From Heptranchias perlo (taxonomy: Eukaryota): 64,000 nt of DNA. The stretch is taken from contig NC_090346.1 of assembly GCF_035084215.1 (NCBI RefSeq), positions 43,338,001 through 43,402,000 of the forward strand, read 5' to 3'. The notes under the pieces are model-generated. The model was not told where the DNA came from. It saw only the letters and a program-made list of their open reading frames with translations, and ran no database searches. Below are positions 1 through 12,240 of this stretch, piece by piece. The position numbers and the translations under genes are program-made. Within the stretch, counting starts at the first letter, position 1. Every line of letters starts with the position of its first letter.

Positions 1-264
1 CTGCAAAGACCATGAAGTGCAGAATAATAAAGCTAGAAACTACAAATCTTTTTGTCCATGAACCAAATACTTATGAAATTACCGTAGAGAAACAGGCAAG
101 GACATATCCAGAGCTGATTGAACACAATGCAGACTCAGGGGTTAGAAGTCTAGAAGTTAAACGTGCATGGGGTCCAAAAGGATGCTTTACAAATACACGT
201 AAAAAAAACTATTTAATGGCAAGTATTGTAGTAAATTCAAACACCTTAAATCAGTTGCACCTAC

Positions 265-790
265 ATGAATTGTGTTCATTTCTGGGCACCACACTTTAGG
301 AAGGATGTCAACGCATTAGAAAGGGTGCAGAGGAGATTTACTAGAATGGTACCAGGGATGAGGGACTTCAATTATGTGGAGAGATTAGAGAAGCTGGGGT
401 TGTTCTCTTCAGAACAGAGAAGGTTCAAAATCATGAACGGTTTTGATAGAGTAATTATAGAATTAGAGTTTCCAGTGGCAGAAGGGTCAGTAACCAGAGG
501 ACACAGGTTTAAGGTGATTGGCAAAAGAGCCAGCAGCGACATGAGTTTTTTTTTTAACGCAGCGAGTTGTAATGATCTGGAATGTACGGCCTGAAATGGT
601 GGTGGAAGCAGATTCGATAGTAACTTTCAAAAGGGAATTGGATAAATACTTGAAAAGAAAAAAATTTACAGGGCTATGGGAAAAGAGCAGGGGAATAGGA
701 CTAATTGGATAGCACTTTCAAAGAGCCGGCACAGGCACCATGGGCCGAACGGCCTCCTCCTGTGCTGTACCTATTATGATACTATGATAG
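265..790 (+). mobile_element. CR1 LINE 3' fragment
   Basis: CVHFWAPHFRKDVNALERVQRRFTRM...TRGHRFK, followed by a 3' UTR ending in a short tandem tail (tatgatactatgata). Confidence 0.92.
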
Positions 791-1934
791 ACCTTACATT
801 TTAGCATTTACTACAATTTCTGCAGAAACCTAAACATTGCATTTCATGCATTCCATTAGCTTTCTGAGAGCTCATGTTGAGGCATCAAATCTGTACTGTC
901 TAAATTTCTAGCCTTACGATTTATTTCTCGAGCCCATACAGTCAGTAGGTATTGTGCTGACCAAATTAAGTTCCTCACTAATTTACACAGACTAGCACGC
1001 CTTTACTTCAGAAAAGCCAAACAACCTTGGTTACTGTGCCAGTTTACGTAATGCCCTTATGCAACTCACTGAATTCCACCAGAATAAAAAAACAGAATAC
1101 ATCAAAGGTACAGACAATATAAACACTTTCCATGGAGCAATAGTATTTCAGCACCAGCAAGGATGGTGAAGTTTAATGATTCCTAACTAAGGTCAGTTAT
1201 CATTAGCTGCACATCAGATAAGTGAGTGATTAAAATTGCAGGATCGTGCATTCACACAGCTTTTCAGCGTGCTAACTGATATCGATATAGATAAAGGGAG
1301 AGATTATAGATGGAAATAGAGACACAAAGGTAAACTGATTACCTGGGTATAATTATCATTACACGCAGAGGTGGTATAGGAAAAAAACTGAATATGAATA
1401 GAATACCTAAATAACCACGATAAATGTAATGAACAGGTGGGCGTGATATCCAGATAGTAATTACATCTTGGGTTTGGATAACCTGTAATAAACCACTCAA
1501 ACTATCCTTATGCTGATCATGAGGCCATCTAACCCTTCAAATTACTGGCTGGCAATTATACCAGGACAGCCATTATTCTCTATATAATTTGCAGCTATGA
1601 TGAGATAAAACTCAACCTGTCTTTGGGCCAGCCAGTATTGTTATGGCGCAGTGCTGTGTACACATTTCATTCGCTGTATAAAATTGGCACTGTTGGCACC
1701 ATTTACACAAATGCATCAGTCACCTAATCTGCTGTTCTACATCAAATAATTTTTCTCCCATTAACTTTCTTTAGAATGAAGGAAAGTCCCAATGTTGAGC
1801 GAGGAGGAGAAAAATCACTATTCAGTGACCCCTGCTGGAAGGCCACATGCATGAACATCAGGAGATGATAGGAATGGGCTCAGTGAGATGCTCCCCTGAA
1901 GTGTAAATAACATGGCAATTAACCACCACCACCA

Positions 1935-2390
1935 ACTTGCAATTAGATAGTGCTTTTAACGTAGTAAAAAAGTCCCATGGCATTTCGCAGTCGTACAAGA
2001 AAATCATTCAGTAAGCCAAAGGAGGTGAGACTGGGAGGTGTAACCAAAAGCTTGGTCAAAGAGCTGGGTTTTAAGGAGGTTCTTGAAGTAAGAGAGGTGG
2101 AGAGGAGGAGGAGGCGGCATTTAGGAAGGGAATTCCACGAGTGGGATTTAGAAGGCTAAAGGCACCGCCACCAATGGTGAGCTGAAGGGAGAGGGCAATG
2201 CACAAGAGGCGGGAGTCAGAAGAAAGGAGTGTTTGGCAGGTGGGGGGGGGAGGGGCAGCGTTGTCGTGCTCTAGGAGGTTGCAGAGAAAGTGAGGATAAG
2301 AATTTTAAATCTGAGGTTTTGGGGGAATCAGGAGCCAATGTAGGGCAGTGAGGGCGGGTGTGATGAGCGAACGTAATTTGGTGTGGAAGG
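1935..2390 (-). mobile_element. L2-type LINE 3' fragment
   Basis: Reverse complement of the tail ctccttaaaacc...tttgaccaagctt seen at ~55990 and ~57640. Confidence 0.7.
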
Positions 2391-2994
2391 CTCACATGTG
2401 ACTGCTGGTCACTTGAGGAGATACTGAAGGATAAAAGAATGCATATAAAACTGCAATAGTGAGTCAATTCCTTCAAGGGGGAGGAGAAAATTGACAAGAA
2501 GAAAAAAATTCCTTTTGGCTACCCAAAAATAACATCTTATCTCACCCCAAGAGTATTGTTGACAAATTTAGTCAACTTCATCCAACATGTAAAGAGTTCT
2601 GAAAGTTATTAAATGTTGTCAGAAAATTCACATATGCTGTTGTTTTGATGAAAGGTCTATACCTGAATGGTTAACACTGGTGCTGACTGACCCACTGAGC
2701 GTTTCCAGCATTTTCTGGTTTTGTTTGAGTTTCTTCTGCAATTCCTTTGTTTTTTGTGAATTTTGGGACTTGGGAGATTATTGCAACAAAAGTCATGGGC
2801 AACAATAATTAACCAGCTACAGGTAAATGTGGATGAAACCTTTGGGGCCAGTTTCTAAATAAGACCATCGGAGATCATAATTTGTTCAAAATTCTCTCAA
2901 TATTCCATTACCATAGCAACATTCTTCCCATCAACACAAGGTCAGGGACGCCTAAAATTGCTCAGACAAATCCCTAATAAGGGAAATAGTGAAG

Positions 2995-3300
2995 TATTTG
3001 TTTTTGTATAGCGCCTTCCACAGCCTCAGGGTGGCCTGATGCCACTGCTTCGCTGCCAATTTATTACTTTAAGTAATTTTGGTTGAGTGAGTAATGTTGG
3101 CCCAGGCACCGGTGGAATAACACAATGCTCTAAGCGTAAGAGACCTTTTGCATCCACCAAGTCTCATTCAAAAGACGGCACTTCCAACAACGCAATGCTG
3201 ACTCAATACTGCACTGAAGTGTCAGCCTAGGTTGTGTATTCTCAAGCAGGGTTTGAACCCACACCCTTCTGACGCAGAGTTCAGTGCTACTAATGACATC
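2995..3300 (-). mobile_element. tRNA-headed SINE (degenerate)
   Basis: Reverse complement of the SINE head and tail seen at 61960-62420. Confidence 0.75.
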
Positions 3301-4255
3301 GGCCATTGCAAAAAAAAAGCCTCAAGCTTCCAGTACACAAGATGCACCTTTCATTTACACATTCCTGGATTCAACCTACTCAGCAGACAGGACACAGAGG
3401 GGGAAAAAAGAAGTTGTATTATGAATATTTGAGAAAAACTAAAATGAAAGAGTGCAGGAAGTGATTAAATTGAAGGGAAGTAGAATCCAGCAAGAATAAA
3501 ATAATTTAAAAAGGCAAAAGTACAAATTAACCCTGTGAAATCAGAATTTAAATATCAAAATTTTAACTAAGCCAATTGTTTCGATTTCAAGAATACTACC
3601 ATAAAAAATGTTCTATGGATCATTTCACTGTTTTAATTTAGTATTATAGCAGCACACAAATTTATTTACAGTTTACAAATGTTAAACTGTTCGTATAACC
3701 TAGATTCAATACCAATATATTTGTTCACGCTTAAAACAAACTAAGTCAAGTGTCTAAATTGTAACCCATGGGCCAGATATCTAAATTCATCTATTTGCAC
3801 TGATATTTCTGACTCACTAGTTTATTGTATTTGCCAACATAACAACAGTGACTGCACTTCAAAATAATTAATGGAATGTGAAGTACTTTGGAACATTCCA
3901 AGAAATGTAACAAAGGCACTATATAATGCTAGTCTTTTTTTCTTGTTCCATTTGATTTTTAGGGGATGTGGAGGCTTGCAAAGGTCTGTTTCAGCTGTTG
4001 ACTCACTGGTAGATAAATCAGGACACCAAGATCACTTAGCATTCACAGCTTGAAATATATGCAAGTTAATGGGAAAGGATGGCTTAAACTTTGTATGTGG
4101 CCCGCAATGCTGCATGGAATGCACCAAGACGAAAAGTCTGAACAATTCCTAAAGTAAGCCAATTTCAACGAGCACCCAAATACATACACTCCTGTCGGCA
4201 TAACACCTATTTTCACCCAACAGCATTGGCTCTTCGCCAAATAGGTTTTTCTTAC

Positions 4256-4337
4256 CTGGCAAACAAACTTAACATCAGGTGAATTTCTAGAAAGTGGCTT
4301 TGGAAACACGTAGAAGTTAAAGGTCTTCATTATGTGT
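4256..4337 (-). CDS. PARN: PARN coding exon 5 ([28 protein letters not shown]); gene continues beyond the left edge
   Basis: 82-nt exon, ttgacag|...|gtaaga. The next expected exon (SSSIDFL...) was not found in 1-4255. Confidence 0.96.
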
Positions 4338-4454
4338 CTGTCAAACAAAAAAGAATCATGAATAAAAACTTAGGTTTTAGAATTTCTTACCAATTTCCCG
4401 AGTGGGGAAAGGCACCATCTGGGGTACTATTAAGCCATATAAGCCTGAGGTTGC

Positions 4455-4770
4455 CAGGTAAACTCAAGGGAATACAAACCAGGTTTATACAACCTGTCCT
4501 CATAATTTAACCACTTAAGCCCTGGTATTATTCTGGTGAATCTGTACTGTACCCCCTCCAAGGCCAATATCTCTTTCCTGAGGTCCGTCTTCCAAAACTG
4601 AACACAGTACTCCAAATAGGGTCTGACCAAGTCTCTGTATAACTGAAGCATAACTTTCTCACCCTCTTGAGATAAAAGCCAATTAGTCTTTTGATTACTT
4701 TTAGTACCCATGCACTAGCTTTTAGTGATTTGTCTACAAATGGACACCCAAATCCACTAAGTTCCTCCCC
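4455..4770 (-). mobile_element. CR1 LINE fragment
   Basis: LYRDLVRPYLEYCVQFW...RFTRIIPGL. Confidence 0.88.
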
Positions 4771-4997
4771 TTGACTTATTTAGGTTCTCTTGTATCTTAG
4801 TGTTCATTATAGCCTCCTGCATCTGTCTTTAATGGGCCCACATTCCCCTTTACCACTCTTTATATTATAAAATTATTTTCTGTTGGCTTTGCTATCACAT
4901 GGAAGTTTTTCTTTCATCGTCCCTTTTTGCATCTTGTATCCCTTTGTTTCTTTTTATAGCTCTCCCGGTCCACTGAATTTCTACTTTTTCTTGCATG

Positions 4998-5280
4998 TAC
5001 ATAGGAACATAGGAACAGGAGTAGGCCCATTCAGCCCCTCGTGCCCGCTCCGCCATTTGATAAGATCATGGCTGATCTGTGATCTAACTCCATATACCTG
5101 CCTTTGGCCCATATCCCTTAATACCTATGGTTGCCAAAAAGCTATCTATCTCAGATTTAAATTTAGCAATTGAGCTAGTATCAATTGCCGTTTGCGGAAG
5201 AGCGTTCCAAACTTCTACCACCCTTTGTGTGTAGAAATGTTTTCTAATCTCATTCCTGAAAGGTCTAGCTCTAATTTTGT
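4998..5280 (-). mobile_element. CR1 LINE 3' end
   Basis: RARPFRNEIRKHFYTQRVVEVWNALP, then a 3' UTR with (cataggaa)n tail. Confidence 0.88.
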
Positions 5281-5611
5281 GCAAGCATTTTCTTTTAGCT
5301 TGATACTGTCTCTCATCTTGTTTGTTGACCATGGTTGGTTAACTACACAAGTTGCCTTGCAGGTGCATGTACTGGTTTTGTAAATGTCAGATGCAGAATG
5401 AATCTCATCTGTTGTTCCCTTAAATGGTAAAATAGCTCAGTCATTGGTTAGATTCACACGGAACATGTTCACTTGGGTAATTACCCTGAAGGCAACTGGC
5501 ACCCATGGAACTGTATTACAGCACAAGTCAACAACGTCAGGGAGAAAAGGAGAGATAATTTACAGAAACTTAGTACTCATAAGATGAAGGCAAGTGCGAA
5601 AATAAACCCAC

Positions 5612-5679
5612 CTGTTCTCTACAGAGTCATACTTAAATGTGCAAAGTCCAAACTGAAACAGCAGGAAGTCCATGGAATG
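5612..5679 (-). CDS. PARN: PARN coding exon 4 ([22 protein letters not shown])
   Basis: 68-nt exon, ttttag|...|gtgggt. Not in the ORF track; translated by hand. Confidence 0.96.
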
Positions 5680-7285
5680 CTAAAAAAAAAAGCAAGTCAT
5701 ATTTCATTTTTTGAACGCAGAGGTTCCTCATTCTGGTTATCAATGCTTAATGTGATACAATAAAACCAATTTGCTTGAAAGCTTTGAATATCTTTCTGCT
5801 GTCTATAATTAGACAGGCCCAGGTCCCAGTGAATCCAAGATTCATAATCACATCATGTCCACAATCGTGGCACTAATAGGAACTATGCTGTCAGTTTCAC
5901 TCGGAGTCGAGACGAAGTGTGAAGTGGAAATGCTACACTGATGCAGTGGGTGGACTGTTCTGCAGTGGTCTTTGAACTAAATTGTCACAGCAGTGTGAAT
6001 GAGCTTCACATTGCAGGTAAACACGCTAGATCTGATCTGGGAATGCTGATACTAGGTAGCAAATGTGGAAAACAAGCATTCCAGTCTTCTGCATAGACAT
6101 CCCTCACCTAGACAAGCACAAAGGAAAAAAAAATCAAACCTCCTAATGGCCTACACAATATAAAGTTAAAAAGCCAAAAGTTCTGTAACAAACAGCATTT
6201 AAGAGATACAAAGTTAGAACTGAAAAAAAAACAATATACAGTCCTTTTAAATTTTACAGTGATACATAAAGTACTTTATCCCCTGTCTGAAAGTTCTGGC
6301 CTGTGAACATCACATCAGAATCAAGATTTTGTGTAAATTTTAGAGCACCATCACATCACCCAGTGAGAGGCAGCCCTGGGTTGTCACCCACCTACATATT
6401 AATGACCTCATCACTTGTACAGTTAGCTCACTATCAGCCACTTTTCACAATAGAAACTTGGAATGGGAAAAGTCATTTTGTGTATTATCATAGGAATGAA
6501 TTAAGAAGTTGGGGATCTTTTAATTAGTTTCAGGCTTACAGGTATACAGTCGAGGACCATCCCCTCCCCACACTCATATCTGCAATGTAGCCCCCATCTC
6601 ATTATTCTACACATAGTATAACATACTAGAGTCAGGATTCTCCAAAAAAAAGTAAGGAGGTGTACACCAATCAGTGCATTTACTACTTTGTACAAATAGC
6701 CAAGAGATTACAGAACTGTAAAGGGAATTAGAAATGGAACATCTGGCAGTTGGAGCTTATCTGATTCCACTGAACAAAACATAAACTAACAATTTCTTCC
6801 TGATTTAAAAAAAAGTATTTCACACATTTTTCACAAACCAGCAGTAGCTCACCAGGGATATGAAACCCTCGATGTCCTGTAACTACTGTACAACTTGCAT
6901 CACAGCAATAACACATCGGAACATGAAAACAACTGTTGGGATAAAGAGTGCGGTGGCTGTTACTCAACCATTTGAAACATTCTTGCCATCTTCAAGCTTC
7001 CACAACCCTCTCTTTCCTTCCCTGCCCCATAATGTAAAAACTCTCCTTCTACATTAGGACATCACAGTACAGCATTTGGACGTCTCTGTAACTGTGGTGG
7101 TTGCCACTCTTCATCCTTCCCTTCGGCCACCCACCCACGCTCATTTCTTCTCCATGCAAAACTTCATTCAGGGTCTCAATTATGAACCAATTACTCAACA
7201 AACTCAGTTTGGCATTTTGCACAACCTGCAGATGTTGATAGCTTCCAATATGCACAGATACAATGAAAAAAAATGCTCTGCTTAC

Positions 7286-7365
7286 CTTTTTCAGCTTTTG
7301 ATATCTTTCTTCTGGTGTGTCCAAGCCATTTGTCAGTGTGCTTACTGAAGGTCCATCACTTATTC
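7286..7365 (-). CDS. PARN: PARN coding exon 3 ([26 protein letters not shown])
   Basis: 80-nt exon, tttcag|...|gtaagc. Near-identical to the vertebrate PARN peptide; phases consistent. Confidence 0.97.
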
Positions 7366-8706
7366 CTGAAACAAGGGTCATGGTGCAATTTTTAAATAAC
7401 TTACGGTCAGCCATCATGGCAAAAGTAAATAGAGGTGTTAAAATCCCACATTCCTCTTACATCAGGTTGAAGTTCAGAACTGCAATGTGCTACACATGCT
7501 TAGCTGCAACGACGATTTGTACAAGAACCAAGACAGGTCTCCAAGAATCCAGCCCAGTGTTGGCTGAGCCTAAACCACTGCAGCGTTCCTGCAACATCTA
7601 AACTAGCACAGGTTTCACGACTAGCTGCAGGAAGGGGGATTCCCCACTGCGGTGGAGTGCAGTCCTTCCCAGAACAACCATGTCCTGAAGGACCAGAGCG
7701 ACACACCTCAATCCGACTGAGTAATGTCTGGCCTTTTCCCGGAACGGAATACTAACACAGTCTGGGGCTCATTCTTGGGAGTCTCATGCAACACAAATCC
7801 CCTCACAACACTCCTGATCCCTGACCCAGAGGACGACCAAATTGCTTCAGCCATTAAACCCACATTGCTCCAAGCAAAGGTACAGACATGCCCAAAAAAA
7901 TGCAACATTGTGCTCCTCCTGAAGCAACATGTCATGAAAAGATACAATGGATTCAAATATTATGTTTGTGAATTAAACTTTAATTAGGAGAAAAAATAAA
8001 ATCTGCTGGTCTCAGCCACGATATTACAATTGGTTAGTTTAAATTTTACTTTTCATAGCGAAGCAACAGCAAAACCTCTGCCCAAACCTGCTCGCTACGG
8101 CTTCAAACCTACCTTAAGTGGCTCCAAGTCCTGCAGATAAGACAGGGCATATGGATCTACAGTTGTTTCCTTTTTACTTCCTCTATTTTCTCCTCTCTCC
8201 TATTTGCTAGCATTCAGCTCCTTGGACCCCAGTCGCTGGCTAGTACCTTGCTCCAGTCACCATTATAATCAACAATGGAATTCAAGGCAAATCCAATGGC
8301 TACAGTGCAGCATCAGCACGTACACCTGCACTACAATCCCACCTACAAGAAGTTTCTCCTAGAGGCTTTTTGTACACAAGAACTTTGTAGGAAGTTTGCA
8401 AGTTACAGTAAAGAACCATTATGCCATGGACCAGTGACTTTGGCCAGAAAGTAGTCACCTCTGCTCAACAGCTCTTCAGCTGCAAGTTAAAACCTGCAGT
8501 TACTAATTCAAGTTACAAATTTAAAAAATTCAGATCGTATCTATAGACAGTTTAATCTAATAAATATGGGAATGTAGGAAAATATCAAGTCATTCAGCCC
8601 ATATATGTTACTATAGCATCCGAATTCTATCCCAAACCAATATCTCTTCTAAAAAAGTGATAATGTAATAGGCCTTACACATTACTAAGTGTCATTCTAC
8701 CAATAC

Positions 8707-8784
8707 CTGAAAATTCCCCATCAATTGCCAGAAAATCGGCTTCTTCAATAGCTTCATATATTAGGTTTAGGCGCTCCTTAAAAT
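8707..8784 (-). CDS. PARN: PARN coding exon 2 ([27 protein letters not shown])
   Basis: 78-nt exon, ttcaacag|...|gtattg. Contains the DEDD-nuclease catalytic D-x-E motif (AIDGEFSG). Confidence 0.97.
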
Positions 8785-9381
8785 CTGTTGAAAAAAACAC
8801 AATTAGATAGATGTAATTAATTATTCTTGTGACTGTTAAGATAAGATACCGTATTTCAAAATAAAAAATTAGGTTTTGAATTGTACTATACAATATTTTT
8901 AACTTGATATGGCATCATAATAAAAGTGAGGATAACACAGGGAACTCATCAGTTAAAAGGGAACAGTCTGTTCTTTATAAATGGCATAATACCCTTTAAA
9001 AGACAACTCTCATGTCATAACCACCTCCAGTTACCAACTCTACACTACTTTCCAAAAATCATCAGTAAGTTTATTTGGCATTACATTACCTCAGACAGCA
9101 TTGCAAATGTTAGCTTCACAATGAGAATTCAAGCCAAACAAATGGAACAATCAGGTCGATTGCCAGCTTAACCTGTTACAGAGCACAATAAGACCATACT
9201 AAATTTCCGGCATGGTTAATGGCATATGAATGGCCAATTATTGTTCCGTCAAGCTGCTCCCAATATCAACAAAATATTTCAAATAACATCGAGCCCCAAG
9301 AACATCAAAGCAATTTAATCAAAGGTGGAAGTTCAATCTCATCATTTTAATGATAGGCCTGGGGGGATAAGAAAGATCTAA

Positions 9382-10332
9382 CTTGGATGAAGGAACAGAG
9401 TGTCTTGTGGCCAAATTTTCTGATGATACAAAGATAGGTGGAAAAGCAAGATGTGATGAGGACACAAAGTGTCTGCAAAGGGATATTGACAGGTTAAGCG
9501 AATGGGCAAAAAAATGGCAGATGGAATATAATGTGGGAAAATGTGAAGTCATCCACTTTGGGAGGAAAAATAAAAAAGCAAAATATTATTTGAATGGAGA
9601 AATACTACAAAATGCTGCGGTACAGAGGGATCTGGGTGTCCTCGTACATAAAACACAAAAAACGTCAACATACAGGTGCAGCAGGTAATCCGGAAGGCAA
9701 ACGGAATATTGGCCTTTATTTCTAGGGGGATGGAGTATAAAAGCAGGGAAGTCATGCTACAACTGTACAGGGTGCTGGTGAGACCACACCTGGAGTACTG
9801 CGTACAGTTCTGGTGCCCTTATTTAAGGAAGGATATACTTGCATTGGAGGCAGTTCAGAGAAGGTTCACTAGGTTGATTCCAGGTATGGAAGGGTTGCCT
9901 TATGAGGAAAGATTGAACAGGTTGGGTCTATACTCATTGGAGTTTAGAAGAATGAGAGGAGACCTTATTGAAACATACAAGATTCTGAGGGGCCTCAATA
10001 GGGTAGATGCTGAGAGGATGTTACCCTTTATGGGGGAAATCTAAAACTAGGGGGCATAGTCTCAGAATAAGGGGTCGCCCGTTTAAGACGGAAATGAGGA
10101 GGAATTTCTTCTTCCAGGAGGGTCGTGAATCTTTGGAATTCTTTACCCCAAAAAGCTGTGGAGGCTGAGTCATTGAATACATTCACGGCTGAGTTAGACA
10201 CATTTTTGATCAGCAAGGGAGTCAAAGGATATGGGGAAAAGGCGGGAAAGTGGAGTTGAGGTAAAAATCAGATCAGCCATGATCTCGAGGGGCCGATTGG
10301 CCTATTCCTGCTCCTATCTCTTATGGTCTTAT
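9382..10332 (+). mobile_element. CR1 LINE, 5'-truncated, frameshifted RT C-terminus
   Basis: KFSDDTKIGG...LQRDIDRLSEWAKKWQMEYNVGKC; LYRVLVRPHLEYCVQFW; 3' UTR tail. Confidence 0.93.
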
Positions 10333-10425
10333 AAAACTTGACTCCAATTTACCAGACCAGTCCCAGCCTGCTCACTTCTACCATCATATTATTCTTGGAG
10401 AAAAGGCAATTGAATAGACTTTAAG

Positions 10426-10806
10426 GTGTCAGCCCTGGCTCAATTGGTAGCACATTCGCCTGTGAGTCAGAAAGTTGTGGGTTCGAGTCCCACTCCAGAA
10501 ACTTGTGCGCATAATCTACAATGATACTTCAGTGCAGTATTAAGGGAGTGCTGCACTGTCGGAGGTGCCTTTTGGATGAGATGTTAAACCAAGGCTCCAT
10601 CTACCCTCTCAGGTGGGCCTAAAAGATCCTATGGCACTATTTTGAAGAGCAGGGCAGGTTACCCCAGTGTCCTGGCCAATATTTATTCCTGCTGTGTTTC
10701 CTATGTTACAACAGTTACTATACTTCAAAAGTACTTAATTTACCTGTAAAGCACTTTGGCACAGCCTCAGGTTGTGAAAGATACTATATAAATGTAAGTC
10801 TTTCTT
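10426..10806 (+). mobile_element. tRNA-headed SINE
   Basis: A box TGGCTCAATTGG and B box GGTTCGAGTCCC; tail ...ctatataaatgtaagtctttcttt. Confidence 0.88.
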
Positions 10807-11639
10807 TCATAGTGTACACCATTCACCATTTTGCTTTTTTCCCCCTCTTGTATTAAAGTTGTTTCTTCCTTTCTTACCCAACCTATACATTTAATTAAAA
10901 GGTTTTGTCCTTCTCAAGTGAAGCAAGAGGATCGTAGAGTCTGAGCATTATACTTTTCATAGCACAGAAAAATACTAAACAAGGGGCAAGATTACACAAC
11001 ACACAGCAGTGGAACAAAAATCAGAAAAGGTACTACTTTGAGAGATGGCACTGCAGTACTTTTGACACAAATCAACTTAAAAGATTCCATGTTTTCAAAA
11101 GAATCCCAAATGTTTTTGAAAACCACTGTTCACAGTATAAGTATTAAACATTCTACATGCACATTTCAATCAACATTTCAATAAAACAGGTTAAAATTAC
11201 TCAAGATAACAAACCACTGAGAAAACTCATTAAAACCCTGGGAAAGGGCACAGAGAACACACTGCCTGATTAATTACACTTCATCATTTCCTACAACAGT
11301 GACTACACTTCAAAAAGTACTTCATTGGCTGTAAAACGCTCTAGAATATCCCGAGGACGTGAAAGGCGCTATATAGATGCAAGTCTTTCTTTAATTTTCA
11401 GCAGGAATAAAGGGGTCATGAAGCTTTAAGCCTGGACCAGTAAATTGTCCTTGGTGCAGTCATTTTATAAGGGACGCGAAAGTTAGCATCAATGCAAAAA
11501 GGACCTCTATAGTCGCCATCCAGCTGATCTGAAGATGATGGGGGCATTTAATAAAAAATGTGCAACTTGCTCTTTCCAATATTTTATTTAATGATGAATT
11601 TACTGGGGAAAAAAAATTAGTTTCCACAAGCAGATGTGC

Positions 11640-12130
11640 TGCAGGTATCCAATCCCCCCCTCCCTCCCTCCCCACCCATTGCACCGAGTCCTGTGAATGG
11701 GCACCGAGTACCCCCCACATAGGCTGTCTATTTACTGGGAGCCAGACCGGCCGTGGATTCACCCAACACTTCACCCCCCCCGGGGCCTTGGCCGAGAAGG
11801 AAGCGTCGGCACCAAGCGCCCGGGCTCCATCCCGCGCCGTGACCCGTGTCGGCCCGCTACCGGCGCTTCACGGGGAAGTCAGTCGGGCTTCGCCCCTCAC
11901 ACTTACTCCGTCTGGTGATCTCCATGGCTGCAAAAAAAAAAATCTCCCCGGGCCCAGACAAACCCCCCGCACAGGAACAGCGCCGCCACCTTCAACCTTT
12001 GCCCTTTAACCCTCGCTTCACAGTCACTTCCGCTGTAGACACAACAAACACGTGGTTCGTGTCACTCCACACAATTCAGTCACCAGCAGCAGCCGGCACT
12101 GAACACTGCCCGTCAAGATTCAACTCCACG
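11640..12130 (-). promoter_or_regulatory. CpG-rich PARN promoter / first-exon region
   Basis: Local GC/CpG enrichment around the PARN ATG exon; ETS-like GCGGAAGTG on the minus strand near 12025-12033. Confidence 0.65.
11907..11925 (-). CDS. PARN: PARN coding exon 1 (MEITRR + 1 nt)
   Basis: Minus strand reads gcagccATGGAGATCACCAGACGGA|gtaagt. Strong Kozak context. The phase-1 donor joins exon 2 (A|AT TTT AAG) to give MEITRRNFK, matching the vertebrate PARN N-terminus (MEIIRSNFK). Confidence 0.92.
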
Positions 12131-12240
12131 CATGATGGACATGCAGACATGCAAACTGTCATCGTTTTATATTTACAGCATGCTATTCCCAAGTGGCAGC
12201 TTGTTCATGTTTCACAACAAAAGTCAGCCTGGCCAACATT

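Noticed and set aside
7500-7987. Short ORFs in PARN intron 2
   Set aside because: No recognisable domain or splice-consistent frame; possibly an old repeat.
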